Shown here: positions 10,163 to 20,124 of the stretch, piece by piece
Numbering within the stretch: the first letter of the stretch is position 1
Layout of the letters: each line of letters begins with the position of its first letter
Assembly (NCBI GenBank): GCA_048939995.1
Contig: JBHLOY010000003.1
Location: forward strand, 320,001 to 384,000
Direction of reading: 5' to 3'
Source: Promethearchaeota archaeon
GTDB taxonomy: Archaea > Asgardarchaeota > Lokiarchaeia > Sigyniarchaeales > SOKP01
DNA: 64,000 bases
Program-made: the position numbers and the translations under genes
The notes under the pieces: generated by a model
The model's database searches: none
Seen by the model: the letters and a program-made list of their open reading frames with translations, nothing else
Told to the model about the DNA's origin: nothing

Positions 10163-11849
10163 AATTCACGTCTCCTTCTTTTAATTCTTTTAAATCTAAA
10201 TCTCTATCTTTATAATTTTTAGTTTGCGATTGATTTGATTCAGAAGGCTCAATTTCAAGCATTTTCTTTTTTTCTTGGATATCATTATTAATGATTTCGT
10301 CTCTCTCCCGAAGTAAAACCTTTTTTGTTCTTTTTGATTTATCTATTTTACGTCGCATTTTTTTTATCTTTCTCACAATGGGAGGGTATTTAAAATAACC
10401 TTGATATAATCCGAAAACAATTACAATACCGCCAATAGCTCCAATTAATGTATAAATAAGCCAAGTTAGCTCAATAGGAGGCTCATTTGGTGTGATAATA
10501 AGGTAAGATATCACTAAGGATACATCATCAATAGAAATTGTTATATTTTCATCCGAAACAAAATTATCAGCTATAAAAACTTGAATAGATAAATCTACAT
10601 CATCAGTTATTAAAGAGGTCACATCAAAACCACCTAATTTGGCTTCTTGATAATTAGTTGTAGCAGAAGTTAATTTAATAGTTTCTGAGTGCTTATTGTT
10701 ATTAATTAAAATTCTTATTTCTGAATTTGGAGATAATGAGGTATTCCATGCTTTATCAACTTTATATTTAAAATTTAAGTTTGCATCTTGGACTAACACA
10801 GGATATTCACTCAGATCACTAACCTTATCACAAATTTGATTCCAGGATATCGCTGAGGATCTGTCAATTTTTTTTTCAAAATCAAACGTTAGATTACAAG
10901 ATTTAATATATAAATAATACCAAGTGTCAATTTCCGCTGATGCATAATTATCTTCTGCATAAATATCTATGCCTAATGTTATTCGAAAATTTCGGTAGTT
11001 ATGACTTAAAACTCTACTTAAGTAAAACTTTAACTCATCGTCTTCAACAACTTTCATATAAGTATCATTTAAAACGCTAATAGTCACACTTCTACCGGTT
11101 CTACCATGATAACCTCGTCCTAATTCAACTGTTTGATTATAAGCTAATTCATAAGTTTCTAATTTATTAAGATCTGAAACATATACATAATAACGGGCAT
11201 GGTCATATTCTGCAGCATAGCCTGTTGGTGGTATGGCATCCCAGCCCTCAATTTGTTCAAAAGGAGTCTCTAGGTTAAGATTTGCACTTCCATTAAATAA
11301 TGCAGTTAATTCTGCGTGGGTAATAATATAATCATTCATATCAAATGGCATAGAGACTATTCTATTCCAATGTATTATTGGATTATTTCGAGATTGATTT
11401 CCGGGAACTCCATAAAGATTAAGTCCAGAAGATTCCCAATACTCATGGGCAGCGTAACAACCATAACTATTAATGCCATAAACATCAGGTAGAATAGAGA
11501 TTTCTGACTCTCTTCCCGGGAACCAATCTGTAGCATTTGGTGTTCCTGAAATATTGGAAAAGGTTAACTTTTCCCCTCTAATTATGAAATTTGCTTGATT
11601 TTCATTTAGATTTCCATCAACATCACTCTTATCTCCTTCTGAGGCAATAAACCAATTTTGTTGTGTAGAAAAATTAGCATTGGCGATCCATTCTTGAGTG
11701 CCAGGAATTTCACCCGATAATTTCAAGTTAACTGAATCACTAATATGGACAAATCCGTCTAAATAACTATTATAAATTGGAGTTAAAAATATTAAACTTA
11801 CGCTAGCAATTAATAGAATAAGTTTTAGATTATTTTTTAGAGATTTCAA
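10152..11849 (-). CDS. Secreted/surface protein with C-terminal TM anchor (paralog B)
   Basis: Same architecture and shared motifs (HEYWES, AAEYDH, SPNSEIRILIN, EAKLGGFDV, KYPP); TTG start; overlaps the next gene by 11 nt. Confidence 0.8.
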   Translation of the reverse strand: MKSLKNNLKLILLIASVSLIFLTPIYNSYLDGFVHISDSVNLKLSGEIPGTQEWIANANFSTQQNWFIASEGDKSDVDGNLNENQANFIIRGEKLTFSNISGTPNATDWFPGRESEISILPDVYGINSYGCYAAHEYWESSGLNLYGVPGNQSRNNPIIHWNRIVSMPFDMNDYIITHAELTALFNGSANLNLETPFEQIEGWDAIPPTGYAAEYDHARYYVYVSDLNKLETYELAYNQTVELGRGYHGRTGRSVTISVLNDTYMKVVEDDELKFYLSRVLSHNYRNFRITLGIDIYAEDNYASAEIDTWYYLYIKSCNLTFDFEKKIDRSSAISWNQICDKVSDLSEYPVLVQDANLNFKYKVDKAWNTSLSPNSEIRILINNNKHSETIKLTSATTNYQEAKLGGFDVTSLITDDVDLSIQVFIADNFVSDENITISIDDVSLVISYLIITPNEPPIELTWLIYTLIGAIGGIVIVFGLYQGYFKYPPIVRKIKKMRRKIDKSKRTKKVLLRERDEIINNDIQEKKKMLEIEPSESNQSQTKNYKDRDLDLKELKEGDVNYEE

Positions 11850-12055
11850 TTCTTTTACCTTAAAATTTTGTTTCCATGTTAAATCGAAAATTCCAATTAT
11901 AAATTACAATATAATATATGGATTAATCATATTGCAATAATTCATAAAAATATTTTTTAATCTACAAATATTTTAATAGAACTTGTATTTAAATTTCTGG
12001 AGCTAATTTTCATAAGTTTAAATATTTATTGAAAAAAAATTTTACATATATTTTT

Positions 12056-12859
12056 CTAAAAAATACTTTTGGTGAAACCTCCATCAACTTGAATTACAGT
12101 ACCTGTAATATAACTTGCACGCTCAGAAGCTAAAAATGTCACAAGATTTGCTAACTCTTGTGGTTTTCCAAATCTACCTAACGGAATTTGATCAGTCCAA
12201 GCCTTTATAGCCTGTGTTCTTGGTATTTCAGCATCTATTATTTTTTTTTGTATTAGTTCTTCCATTCTATCTGTTAATGTTGGACCTGGACATACAACGT
12301 TTACCAATATGTTATCTTTTGCATATTCATTAGCAAGAGTTTTGGCATAACCTACTAACCCAAGTCGAGTGGTATTAGATAAGACTAGATTTTCTAAAGG
12401 TTGTTTAACTGATACTGAAGTAATAGCTATAATTCTCGCTTCTTTTTGTTTTTGCATAACCGGTAAAACTAAGTTTGTTGTCCTTATGAAAGATAACAAA
12501 TTTAAATCAATCGAATCTTTCCAGTCATCTTGTGTTATTTTACTTATTGGTCCAGAAGGAGGACCACCAGCATTGTGAATTAGAATATCTATTCTTCCAT
12601 ATTTAGTTAGGGTTTTTTCCACCAGATTTTTTATTTGGTCTTCATATCTAATATCAGCAATGCTATAGTAAACGTTGTTTTCAAAATTTTGCTTTTTATT
12701 TCTCATAAGTCTCTCCTTTGCCATGCTTAAATTATCCTCTGAACGGCTACAAATCATAATATTTGCTCCTTCTTGAAATAAGCCTTCTGCACAAGCAAAA
12801 CCTAAGCCTTTACTTGCTGCCAAAACAAGTGCAACCTTATTCTCTAAACCTAAATCCAT
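12056..12859 (-). CDS. Short-chain dehydrogenase/reductase (FabG-like SDR)
   Basis: ALVLAASKGLG, IDILIHNAGGPP, SNTTR, VNVVCPG, ASYITGTVIQVDGG. Confidence 0.93.
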   Translation of the reverse strand: MDLGLENKVALVLAASKGLGFACAEGLFQEGANIMICSRSEDNLSMAKERLMRNKKQNFENNVYYSIADIRYEDQIKNLVEKTLTKYGRIDILIHNAGGPPSGPISKITQDDWKDSIDLNLLSFIRTTNLVLPVMQKQKEARIIAITSVSVKQPLENLVLSNTTRLGLVGYAKTLANEYAKDNILVNVVCPGPTLTDRMEELIQKKIIDAEIPRTQAIKAWTDQIPLGRFGKPQELANLVTFLASERASYITGTVIQVDGGFTKSIF

Positions 12860-13067
12860 CCTAACTCAACCTTTCTATTGTATATTAAGATTATATTTAT
12901 TCCCAATTTTCTGAGGACAAAAAGGATGATAAAAATATATTAAATAGATAATTTTTTATACCACTCTTTTCATAATATTTTTAAATCAATAAACTGTATG
13001 AAAATATTTATTAAAATAAAATTTAATATTATTATATAAATTATCAAAATTCCTAAAGGTGTGAATA

Positions 13068-13523
13068 ATAAGCTTAGACACTAAAAGTTTTGATAACATC
13101 TTAAGCAAAATTATTAAATCAGAAAGCGGAATTAAAAAAGTCATATTGGTCGATAGAACAGGTTTAACTATCGCAAGCGTATCTAAATTTAGTTATTTTC
13201 CCGCAGATGTTGATGGAATAGGCGCAATTGCGAGTGCTGTTTTTTGCGCTTCGGAAGAACAGGGTAAAAATCTTGAATTAGGAGACTTAGAGATAGTTAC
13301 AAGCGAATTTTCAGGGGGAAAAATATTTGCATCAAGTTGTGGTCCAAAGGGTGTGCTAACTCTCATTTCAGATCCAGATATCAACATTGGGTTAATTAGA
13401 TTAATTCTAAAAAGATCTGGAGATGAATTAAAGGAGATTCTCGATGAGTTCTTGTCTGATATTCCAGATACGCTTGATTCAGGTTTAGATCTAAGCGATT
13501 TAGATGAATTAACTCCAGATTAA
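13068..13523 (+). CDS. Roadblock/LC7 (MglB-like) domain protein; true start probably upstream of the tracked TTG 13146, at a non-canonical ATA
   Basis: IKKVILVDRTGLTIAS...IGAIASAVF...GPKGVLTLISDPDINIGLIRLILK is a roadblock fold. The frame stays open upstream to TGA 13062, and the SD-like AGGTGTGA precedes ATA ATA AGC. Confidence 0.85.
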   Translation: MSLDTKSFDNILSKIIKSESGIKKVILVDRTGLTIASVSKFSYFPADVDGIGAIASAVFCASEEQGKNLELGDLEIVTSEFSGGKIFASSCGPKGVLTLISDPDINIGLIRLILKRSGDELKEILDEFLSDIPDTLDSGLDLSDLDELTPD

Positions 13524-13534
13524 ACCTAACCAAA

Positions 13535-13553
13535 AATAACTTAAGAAGTTATT
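13535..13553 (+). terminator. Inverted repeat downstream of roadblock gene
   Basis: AATAACTT-aag-AAGTTATT perfect 8-bp stem, followed by a second hairpin and T-rich sequence. Confidence 0.35.
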
Positions 13554-13692
13554 AAAATGTGAAAAACCTTGTTTTTACTCTATTTTCTATTTGTATTCGA
13601 AATTTTGCAAGTTTAAATTAAATTTAAGATTGAATAATTTATAAAAAAAACATCTTCATTAAATAAAGAAAGATCACAAGTGGGTTATTATA

Positions 13693-15471
13693 TTGGTTAA
13701 ACGGCTTAGATTTTATTGTATTATAATATTAGTGTTGTTTACTACGAATTTTTTATATCTAAGTATGAATGTAAAATCTTCTGAAAGCATGAGAGAGGTT
13801 CGATCAGGTTGGGATGTATTAACAATATATGAGATTCCCCATCCCCCTGGACCAAAATGCATAGGTGAAAATAATGACCTTTACTATGTTGATAATCTTA
13901 ATCATATGATAATGAAAATGGATGAATCTATGTCACAAAGTGAATATCTTAATATCTCAATGTCTTTAAATGATATTACTTTTCAGCCTAACCATAATCG
14001 ACTTTTAGGAATGAATGATTTCGGATTTTACACTATAAGTTCTAGCGAAATTAAATTTTTGAATAATTATTCCTATACTTTTCCCTTGACAACAATGACG
14101 GTCGATCCTGTAGATGATTCATTCTATTGTGGTTCAATAAAGAATGGAACTGATATTCTAAAGTTTAATTCCGAAGGCAATTACCTCAACACTATCCTTT
14201 CAAATGTCCAAGGTTGTAGCCAGATTGTTTTAAACAATAATCATAGCACTCTTTATTATACTGAGACGTATCTTGGTTCATTTTCTATGATGAATTTAAC
14301 TTCTTTAGATACAACAATTTTAAAAACTGAAATTGGACTTCCTGGAACCGAAGAAGTGATTGGGATTGGTGTAGATGATAATGATGAATTATATTACATG
14401 ACTGCTGATGGTAATAATAGAGGATTTTATAAATATGAAAATAATACTTTTACATTTCTAATGGCTTCAAAAGGAGGAATGAGTACCTTAACATGGTCAA
14501 AAAAGTTACAAATGTTCATCGCAGCAGGGAGTTTTGGAGGGTGTCTAATCGGGTATAATACTAACGATTCGGAAGCTCAATATCTTACGCCTGTTGTAAA
14601 TTCTAATACTATAATAGAAACATACGATGAAAAAATATTTTACTGTATAGAAAATACTATTTACAAAATAAATGAATCTGGTCCGACATATTTTAGTAGA
14701 AACCCCTATAATACGAGTATTTCAAAATTAATAGTGGATACAAACAATAATATTTTTGCATTGCTAGCAAATGATTCGGTGACGATTGTTAAAGTTAATC
14801 ATGATGGCTCTTTCGAAGATTGGTTTAATAAAAATATTAATGAGTGGGCTAAAACAATTCTTTTTGATGTTAAAAATTATGAAATTGTCCTCCTTACGGA
14901 AAATCTACTTAAAAATGAAACCAATCTTTACCGAATACCCATAAATAATCCAAATGATTACTATAAAGTAGTTACGTTTAAAAATTCTACTCGAATCGTT
15001 GGAGTAGCAGATGTATATGGAAATATTTATATATATGAGGCATCTAATAACACACTCTTTAAAATACCAGATGGATCAATTGAAAAAGAAACAATTACTA
15101 CTGATTTTGCTGACTTTTCTGATATTTATGGAGAACATGCGATAATCGAACCACCATTAGGGTATAGTACGATTGAAAATGGTATTTTCATTGGGAGAAA
15201 TGATGACTTACAAATGTGGCTATTAGATGAGAATTTACGAATTACTTTTGCAATTAATAATCGTGGTATTGATAATGCAGCTATATACCAAAATTTTAAA
15301 CAAGAGATTATATGCACTCAATCAACTTTGGTGCTAAAATTTATTTATCATAAGGCACAAAATACAAACATTTCTTCAGGAAGTTATATTATTGCATTAT
15401 TTATTGGTATGATCAGTGTTTTTTATTTCCAGATAAAAAAAATGAATAAAGCTCGGAACAAAAAGGATTAA
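13693..15471 (+). CDS. Secreted beta-propeller (NHL/SMP-30-like) protein with C-terminal TM anchor
   Basis: Signal-like N-terminus, repeated blade motifs (DLYYVD, TLYYTET, IGVDDNDELYY, DVYGNIYIYE), C-terminal TM plus basic tail. Confidence 0.75.
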   Translation: MVKRLRFYCIIILVLFTTNFLYLSMNVKSSESMREVRSGWDVLTIYEIPHPPGPKCIGENNDLYYVDNLNHMIMKMDESMSQSEYLNISMSLNDITFQPNHNRLLGMNDFGFYTISSSEIKFLNNYSYTFPLTTMTVDPVDDSFYCGSIKNGTDILKFNSEGNYLNTILSNVQGCSQIVLNNNHSTLYYTETYLGSFSMMNLTSLDTTILKTEIGLPGTEEVIGIGVDDNDELYYMTADGNNRGFYKYENNTFTFLMASKGGMSTLTWSKKLQMFIAAGSFGGCLIGYNTNDSEAQYLTPVVNSNTIIETYDEKIFYCIENTIYKINESGPTYFSRNPYNTSISKLIVDTNNNIFALLANDSVTIVKVNHDGSFEDWFNKNINEWAKTILFDVKNYEIVLLTENLLKNETNLYRIPINNPNDYYKVVTFKNSTRIVGVADVYGNIYIYEASNNTLFKIPDGSIEKETITTDFADFSDIYGEHAIIEPPLGYSTIENGIFIGRNDDLQMWLLDENLRITFAINNRGIDNAAIYQNFKQEIICTQSTLVLKFIYHKAQNTNISSGSYIIALFIGMISVFYFQIKKMNKARNKKD

Positions 15472-15473
15472 AT

Positions 15474-16685
15474 TCAAAGTAGGTTATTTTCTTTTACGAT
15501 TTTTTGATAATGATCTCGTTCTCTTCTTAAAACTTTAATTTCTTTCTTAAAATCGAACGTTTCACCTTTAATTTTATCTGTTTCTTTTTTCTCAGAGGTT
15601 AATTCATCTTTTAGATTTTTTAACTCAAGCTTTAAATTAGTGATTGAATCGATGTGTATTGTATTTTCGTACTTAGTTTTATCATTCTCTTCTTGTAACT
15701 CTTTTATTTCATTCATAAATTTTTCAATTTCTGTATTTAAATTTAAATTAATGCTTTTCAAATTTTCTATTTCTTGCATTAACTTATAAGTTCCTTTCTC
15801 AGCCTGTTTTGCGGAATCTAACTGTTGGTTTAATTCTTGTATTTTTTTATCCTTAACTTCAATTTCATTATCTTTCAGATCGCTTTTTTCGTTAAGTTCC
15901 TTAATATCTTCCAATAATTTTACATTTTTTTCATTTAAATCAGCCATTTGTTGACTCCACTTCTCTAACTTAATATACTGTTCACTAACTTCTGTTTTTA
16001 AGGATTCAGCTTCCGCAGTAATGGAATTTTTCTCTTCCATTAATTCTGTATATTTGTTAGTTAATTCCCGGATCTTTTTCGCCTTTTCTTCTGAGAGCTC
16101 CTCGAGTTCTTGATTTTTTTCTTTAATTTCCTCGAATTGTTTTAACAATTCCTCATTATCAACGTCTATTGATGAGGCTTCTGTGGATTCATCATTTTGC
16201 ATTTCTTTTTCTATTTTCTTTTCTTCTCTCTCTTTAACTAGTGTGTTATTTGTTTCTCCTTCTACTATTTCCTCCCAGTATGGGCTTAACTCGCCATTTT
16301 TTAACATTTCATAATATTTTCCAAAAATATCATCGAAATTTAGCGCATCTCTTTTTGGGAGTAGTTCGTGGGCTATTCTTCTTATCATACCTTCAAACTC
16401 TTCAGAAATCTTGTCATCGTCAGATAAGAAGATTGTGATCGCATAATTAGGTTTTCCAACATAATGACGGAACGAAAAACCTGTATAAAAACTTGCTACA
16501 TTTAATTTATTTTCAATAATTAATTCGTGATAATTTGGTTCCATTTTATGTTGCATATGCTGTTTTTCTAAATATATAAGAGTGTCCGGTGAAAGTCCAA
16601 GAAATTCATCTAAGTTCGAAGGAAATTGAGTGTCAATAAAAGCTTTATAATCATTATCAAATGCGAGAATCATGATTCCTTTCAA
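15474..16685 (-). CDS. Longin/uDENN-like N-terminal domain + long coiled coil
   Basis: MKGIMILAFDNDYKAFIDTQFP...NVASFYTG...YAITIFL N-terminus; about 230 aa of heptad-rich E/K coiled coil. Confidence 0.65.
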   Translation of the reverse strand: MKGIMILAFDNDYKAFIDTQFPSNLDEFLGLSPDTLIYLEKQHMQHKMEPNYHELIIENKLNVASFYTGFSFRHYVGKPNYAITIFLSDDDKISEEFEGMIRRIAHELLPKRDALNFDDIFGKYYEMLKNGELSPYWEEIVEGETNNTLVKEREEKKIEKEMQNDESTEASSIDVDNEELLKQFEEIKEKNQELEELSEEKAKKIRELTNKYTELMEEKNSITAEAESLKTEVSEQYIKLEKWSQQMADLNEKNVKLLEDIKELNEKSDLKDNEIEVKDKKIQELNQQLDSAKQAEKGTYKLMQEIENLKSINLNLNTEIEKFMNEIKELQEENDKTKYENTIHIDSITNLKLELKNLKDELTSEKKETDKIKGETFDFKKEIKVLRRERDHYQKIVKENNLL

Positions 16686-16894
16686 TTTTTAAACCTCCAA
16701 GGAATTTTTAATGACATCAAATAAATGCTTATTCTCTATTAATTTTACATATTATTCATAGTCTATTTATTTTATCTTTAGATATTTTTAAATCTAACTC
16801 ATTGAATACAAATTTTCAAGGTCTAAATGATTCTTAATATGTTAATTTTTAACTTTTTACAGAGGAATTAATTAAAATGCATAAAAAATAGAAA

Positions 16895-18430
16895 CTAGTT
16901 GAAAATTTGCGAGATACAATTCAATACTTGAGCCTCATCAGTTGCTAAGAAATTATGCTTAAAAGCAGATGCAAAGAATAGACGATCTTTTGGATTAAAA
17001 AACTTATATCCAAACTTATTCCATTCCATGCCTTTATTTAAAGGAGCGATGAGAGATAATTCATCCTTCACTAAATTTGTTAATATTAGAGGAAAATCTT
17101 CTTTTTTACTGAGATTAACAATATTCAATAATATATCATCGTTAAATTTATCCCATGACTCCTTGAATTGTATACAAAATGATTTGATGTCAATTTTATT
17201 ATTTAATATCAACTTTGCTAAAGCTCTAAGTGTCATTTCATAGACATTACGATCTGATGCGCCAGAGATAATAGTACTAGGTAGAGGCTTCCCATCTTTT
17301 TTAACTAGTGGAATATTATACTCCGGTAATATCTTTAATTGATTTAGTCCAAGTATATTTTTCACATCTCTAATTGTTCCTCCAGTATCAAAAAATTGTT
17401 TATTTATAATGTATTTTATTAGCTTCTGAGCATGAACATCACCAAAATATGGATAATCAGATGCATATAAGAGATATTCAGACCAATCTCTGTTATCAAC
17501 AATACATTTATTATTGGATTTAAACCAATGTCGAAAATCTTCGAAAAAGTTACCAGCGCCTTCTCCATGCAACATTGACAAATCTCCATACGTATTGGGT
17601 TGTACAATGGCATTATAGACTTCATGATCTCCAATATTTCCCTGTGCGAAATGAGCAATAATTACCTTAAAATGAGGTAATAGTTCCGGATATTGTTGCG
17701 TTATTACTCCTCTAGTTGATTTTACTAACTCAGCGATATCTAATATTGATCCTCTTCCTCTAGTATCAAAAATTACAGGCATCGAATGACTAGCTGCTTC
17801 AATAAGAACATTAACTGCTTTACCAGACTTTATATCATCAATCCATCGTTCTGACCGAGGATGTAGTTTTAAACCTCTTAATCCCAACACTTCACGAGCA
17901 TAACTGACTTCCTTTACTGCCTTCTCCCCCTCCATTGGGTCTACTCTTCCATAACCGATTAATTTCATTGAAAACGGGAATCGTGTTGTGAATCGTGACA
18001 CATTAACATTGCTTGCCCGGTATAAAGCTTCCGGGTGTTTGTCTCTAAATACATCCTGAAAGGGAAAGACGACACCTTGATCGATAAAGGCATAGAATTT
18101 TGACTTTTCCTTTAAATCTGAATGTCTTTTTCCTAGCTCTTCTAAAACAGTATAAAATTTATCAGTAAATGGATAATGTGTAAATGACCAAGAAATCCGC
18201 GTTGATTTCCCCTCCATTGCTGTTCTAAAGGATTTTTCCCCAGTTTTTTCCCAATCCGTAGTGATACGGCCCTGAACATTGCCCCAAAAATCAAAAGTGC
18301 CAGTTCCAGGGGCTAGAGGATTCATCATAGTTGCGCCATCTACATCTTCTCCTAAATGAGAGTGGGCATCGATTACAAAGATCTGCTCTACTCGTTTCTT
18401 GCCATCTTGTTCAATCGTTGCAGTTAGCAT
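16895..18430 (-). CDS. Amidohydrolase family (Amidohydro_2-like) protein with C-terminal extension
   Basis: IDAHSHLG metal motif, GLKLHP, IIAHF, YASDYPY. Confidence 0.88.
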   Translation of the reverse strand: MLTATIEQDGKKRVEQIFVIDAHSHLGEDVDGATMMNPLAPGTGTFDFWGNVQGRITTDWEKTGEKSFRTAMEGKSTRISWSFTHYPFTDKFYTVLEELGKRHSDLKEKSKFYAFIDQGVVFPFQDVFRDKHPEALYRASNVNVSRFTTRFPFSMKLIGYGRVDPMEGEKAVKEVSYAREVLGLRGLKLHPRSERWIDDIKSGKAVNVLIEAASHSMPVIFDTRGRGSILDIAELVKSTRGVITQQYPELLPHFKVIIAHFAQGNIGDHEVYNAIVQPNTYGDLSMLHGEGAGNFFEDFRHWFKSNNKCIVDNRDWSEYLLYASDYPYFGDVHAQKLIKYIINKQFFDTGGTIRDVKNILGLNQLKILPEYNIPLVKKDGKPLPSTIISGASDRNVYEMTLRALAKLILNNKIDIKSFCIQFKESWDKFNDDILLNIVNLSKKEDFPLILTNLVKDELSLIAPLNKGMEWNKFGYKFFNPKDRLFFASAFKHNFLATDEAQVLNCISQIFN

Positions 18431-18433
18431 TTT

Positions 18434-20110
18434 TTAAACCCTCATTTCTTTAGGAAGTGTCAAAACTCCTGTTAAGGGATTATTTAAAGGATCTTGACAA
18501 TATTGGATTGTAAAATAAATCAAATCATACAAAATACTTGGATTTTCTCCATTTCTTAATTTATAATTATATAAGGATAATTGGTATTCCGCTTCCGTAA
18601 TTGGAGGCTCCGCATAGCTTATACTCCCGAATACGGATTGTAATAAAGGCTTTAGAAACGGTGAGTAAAGGAAACCAAGTTCTTTTAATTCATCTTTAAG
18701 ATAGAAAAACATACGTTGAACTGCCTGCATCATATATCTCACAGGTTGATTTTTTGGTCCCAAATATTGTTCAGCAAACTCAGGATCGTATTGCGCTAGA
18801 TTTTCCCGCGTTAGATTAGGAGCTATTCTAAAAATAGAGATTAAACCACGCTCAATTGCGCCTTGACGATTTAAACATATAGTTTCGCTTCCTACATCTG
18901 GTACCCATATTCTTTTTTGCAGTAGTTTTCTTGCTTTATAACATAATGTTTGAATTATAAGAGCAACTCCAATTCTGCGACAAATAGAAATTTGGGCATC
19001 ACTAATACGGCACTCTATTGTATTCCAATCTGTTAATGGGAATAGATCTTGGAATCTACCATCCTCTAGGCTAGCCTTTTGGACAGTTTGAAGAAAGTAA
19101 TTAATAGCTTGCTCGCTAACATCAGTTAGGTAAGGGATGTAATGCTTTGGATCGTTATTACTGAGCATAGTAGTGTTATATTTCAATCGAAGGCTTCGGG
19201 TGCAATTCGGAGCTGTAATCCTATTATTAACTATCTTCACTACATCAGTAGGCTTATTATTTATAATTGGAGAATTGCAGGTGAGCGCAATAATATGTGG
19301 AATGAAATTGCGCACCATGTCATATGCTTGTACTTTTTCAAGGTCAGAACTAAATGATCCAAGGTGATTGTGGTCACTTTGGGATAATCCTCTCATGTAT
19401 TCTTGTGCTGCTGGATTTATCGCTGAAGCAATTATATGTAAATCTGTGGGTAGTGTAGTTTTCGCTAATAGAAATAATGTACTCGCCCAGAATGCCAGCT
19501 CTTCAGCATATTCACATGGAGGTGTAACGAGCTCTAAGATATATGTAACTGCAGTAACGTTTCCATCTCTGGCAAATGTATCGATGTCTACAGATGCGTT
19601 ATTTCCTAGAGAATACCGGATTTGCATAGCAAAGCCTTTCTCCAAATCCTCCCTTCCCCAAGGTCTAGCTAATACCTTGGAGCGGATGTAATCAGGTACA
19701 GGGTAGAAATCATCTCTCCCTTCATAAAGGATTTGATCCATCATTTTTATGGCATCTTTTACGATTTCTCTCATTCTAAAAACCATTTCATCTCCTGGTG
19801 GATAATTACCTTGATCATCTGCTATGATTAGTTCCATTTCAATACCATGAGTAAATGGTAATGGTGTCCAATGCTCTGTATCCCATAAAATTTCTCCCCA
19901 TGATCTTTCAGGAATAAAAACTTCTCGATAATCAGATCCGAGAAATAACTGATCATTTGATCTATCAATAGGATTTCCTATAGATACTTCTGAAGGGACT
20001 TTTTTAGCTTTTACTTTTCCAGACCCTATAAAGGAACCAGATGAATCTGTTTTTCCTTTACTCTTTCCTTTCTTTTTTTTCTTTTCCTTTTTCTTTTTAT
20101 CTTTAGCCAT
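18434..20110 (-). CDS. Glutamate-cysteine ligase family 2 (GCS2/YbdK-like) carboxylate-amine ligase
   Basis: THGIEMELII, ILELVTPPC, SDHNHLG, IPHIIALTCNSP, TIECRISD; Lys-rich N-terminal tail. Confidence 0.82.
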   Translation of the reverse strand: MAKDKKKKEKKKKKGKSKGKTDSSGSFIGSGKVKAKKVPSEVSIGNPIDRSNDQLFLGSDYREVFIPERSWGEILWDTEHWTPLPFTHGIEMELIIADDQGNYPPGDEMVFRMREIVKDAIKMMDQILYEGRDDFYPVPDYIRSKVLARPWGREDLEKGFAMQIRYSLGNNASVDIDTFARDGNVTAVTYILELVTPPCEYAEELAFWASTLFLLAKTTLPTDLHIIASAINPAAQEYMRGLSQSDHNHLGSFSSDLEKVQAYDMVRNFIPHIIALTCNSPIINNKPTDVVKIVNNRITAPNCTRSLRLKYNTTMLSNNDPKHYIPYLTDVSEQAINYFLQTVQKASLEDGRFQDLFPLTDWNTIECRISDAQISICRRIGVALIIQTLCYKARKLLQKRIWVPDVGSETICLNRQGAIERGLISIFRIAPNLTRENLAQYDPEFAEQYLGPKNQPVRYMMQAVQRMFFYLKDELKELGFLYSPFLKPLLQSVFGSISYAEPPITEAEYQLSLYNYKLRNGENPSILYDLIYFTIQYCQDPLNNPLTGVLTLPKEMRV

Positions 20111-20124
20111 AGAATTCCCTTTTT

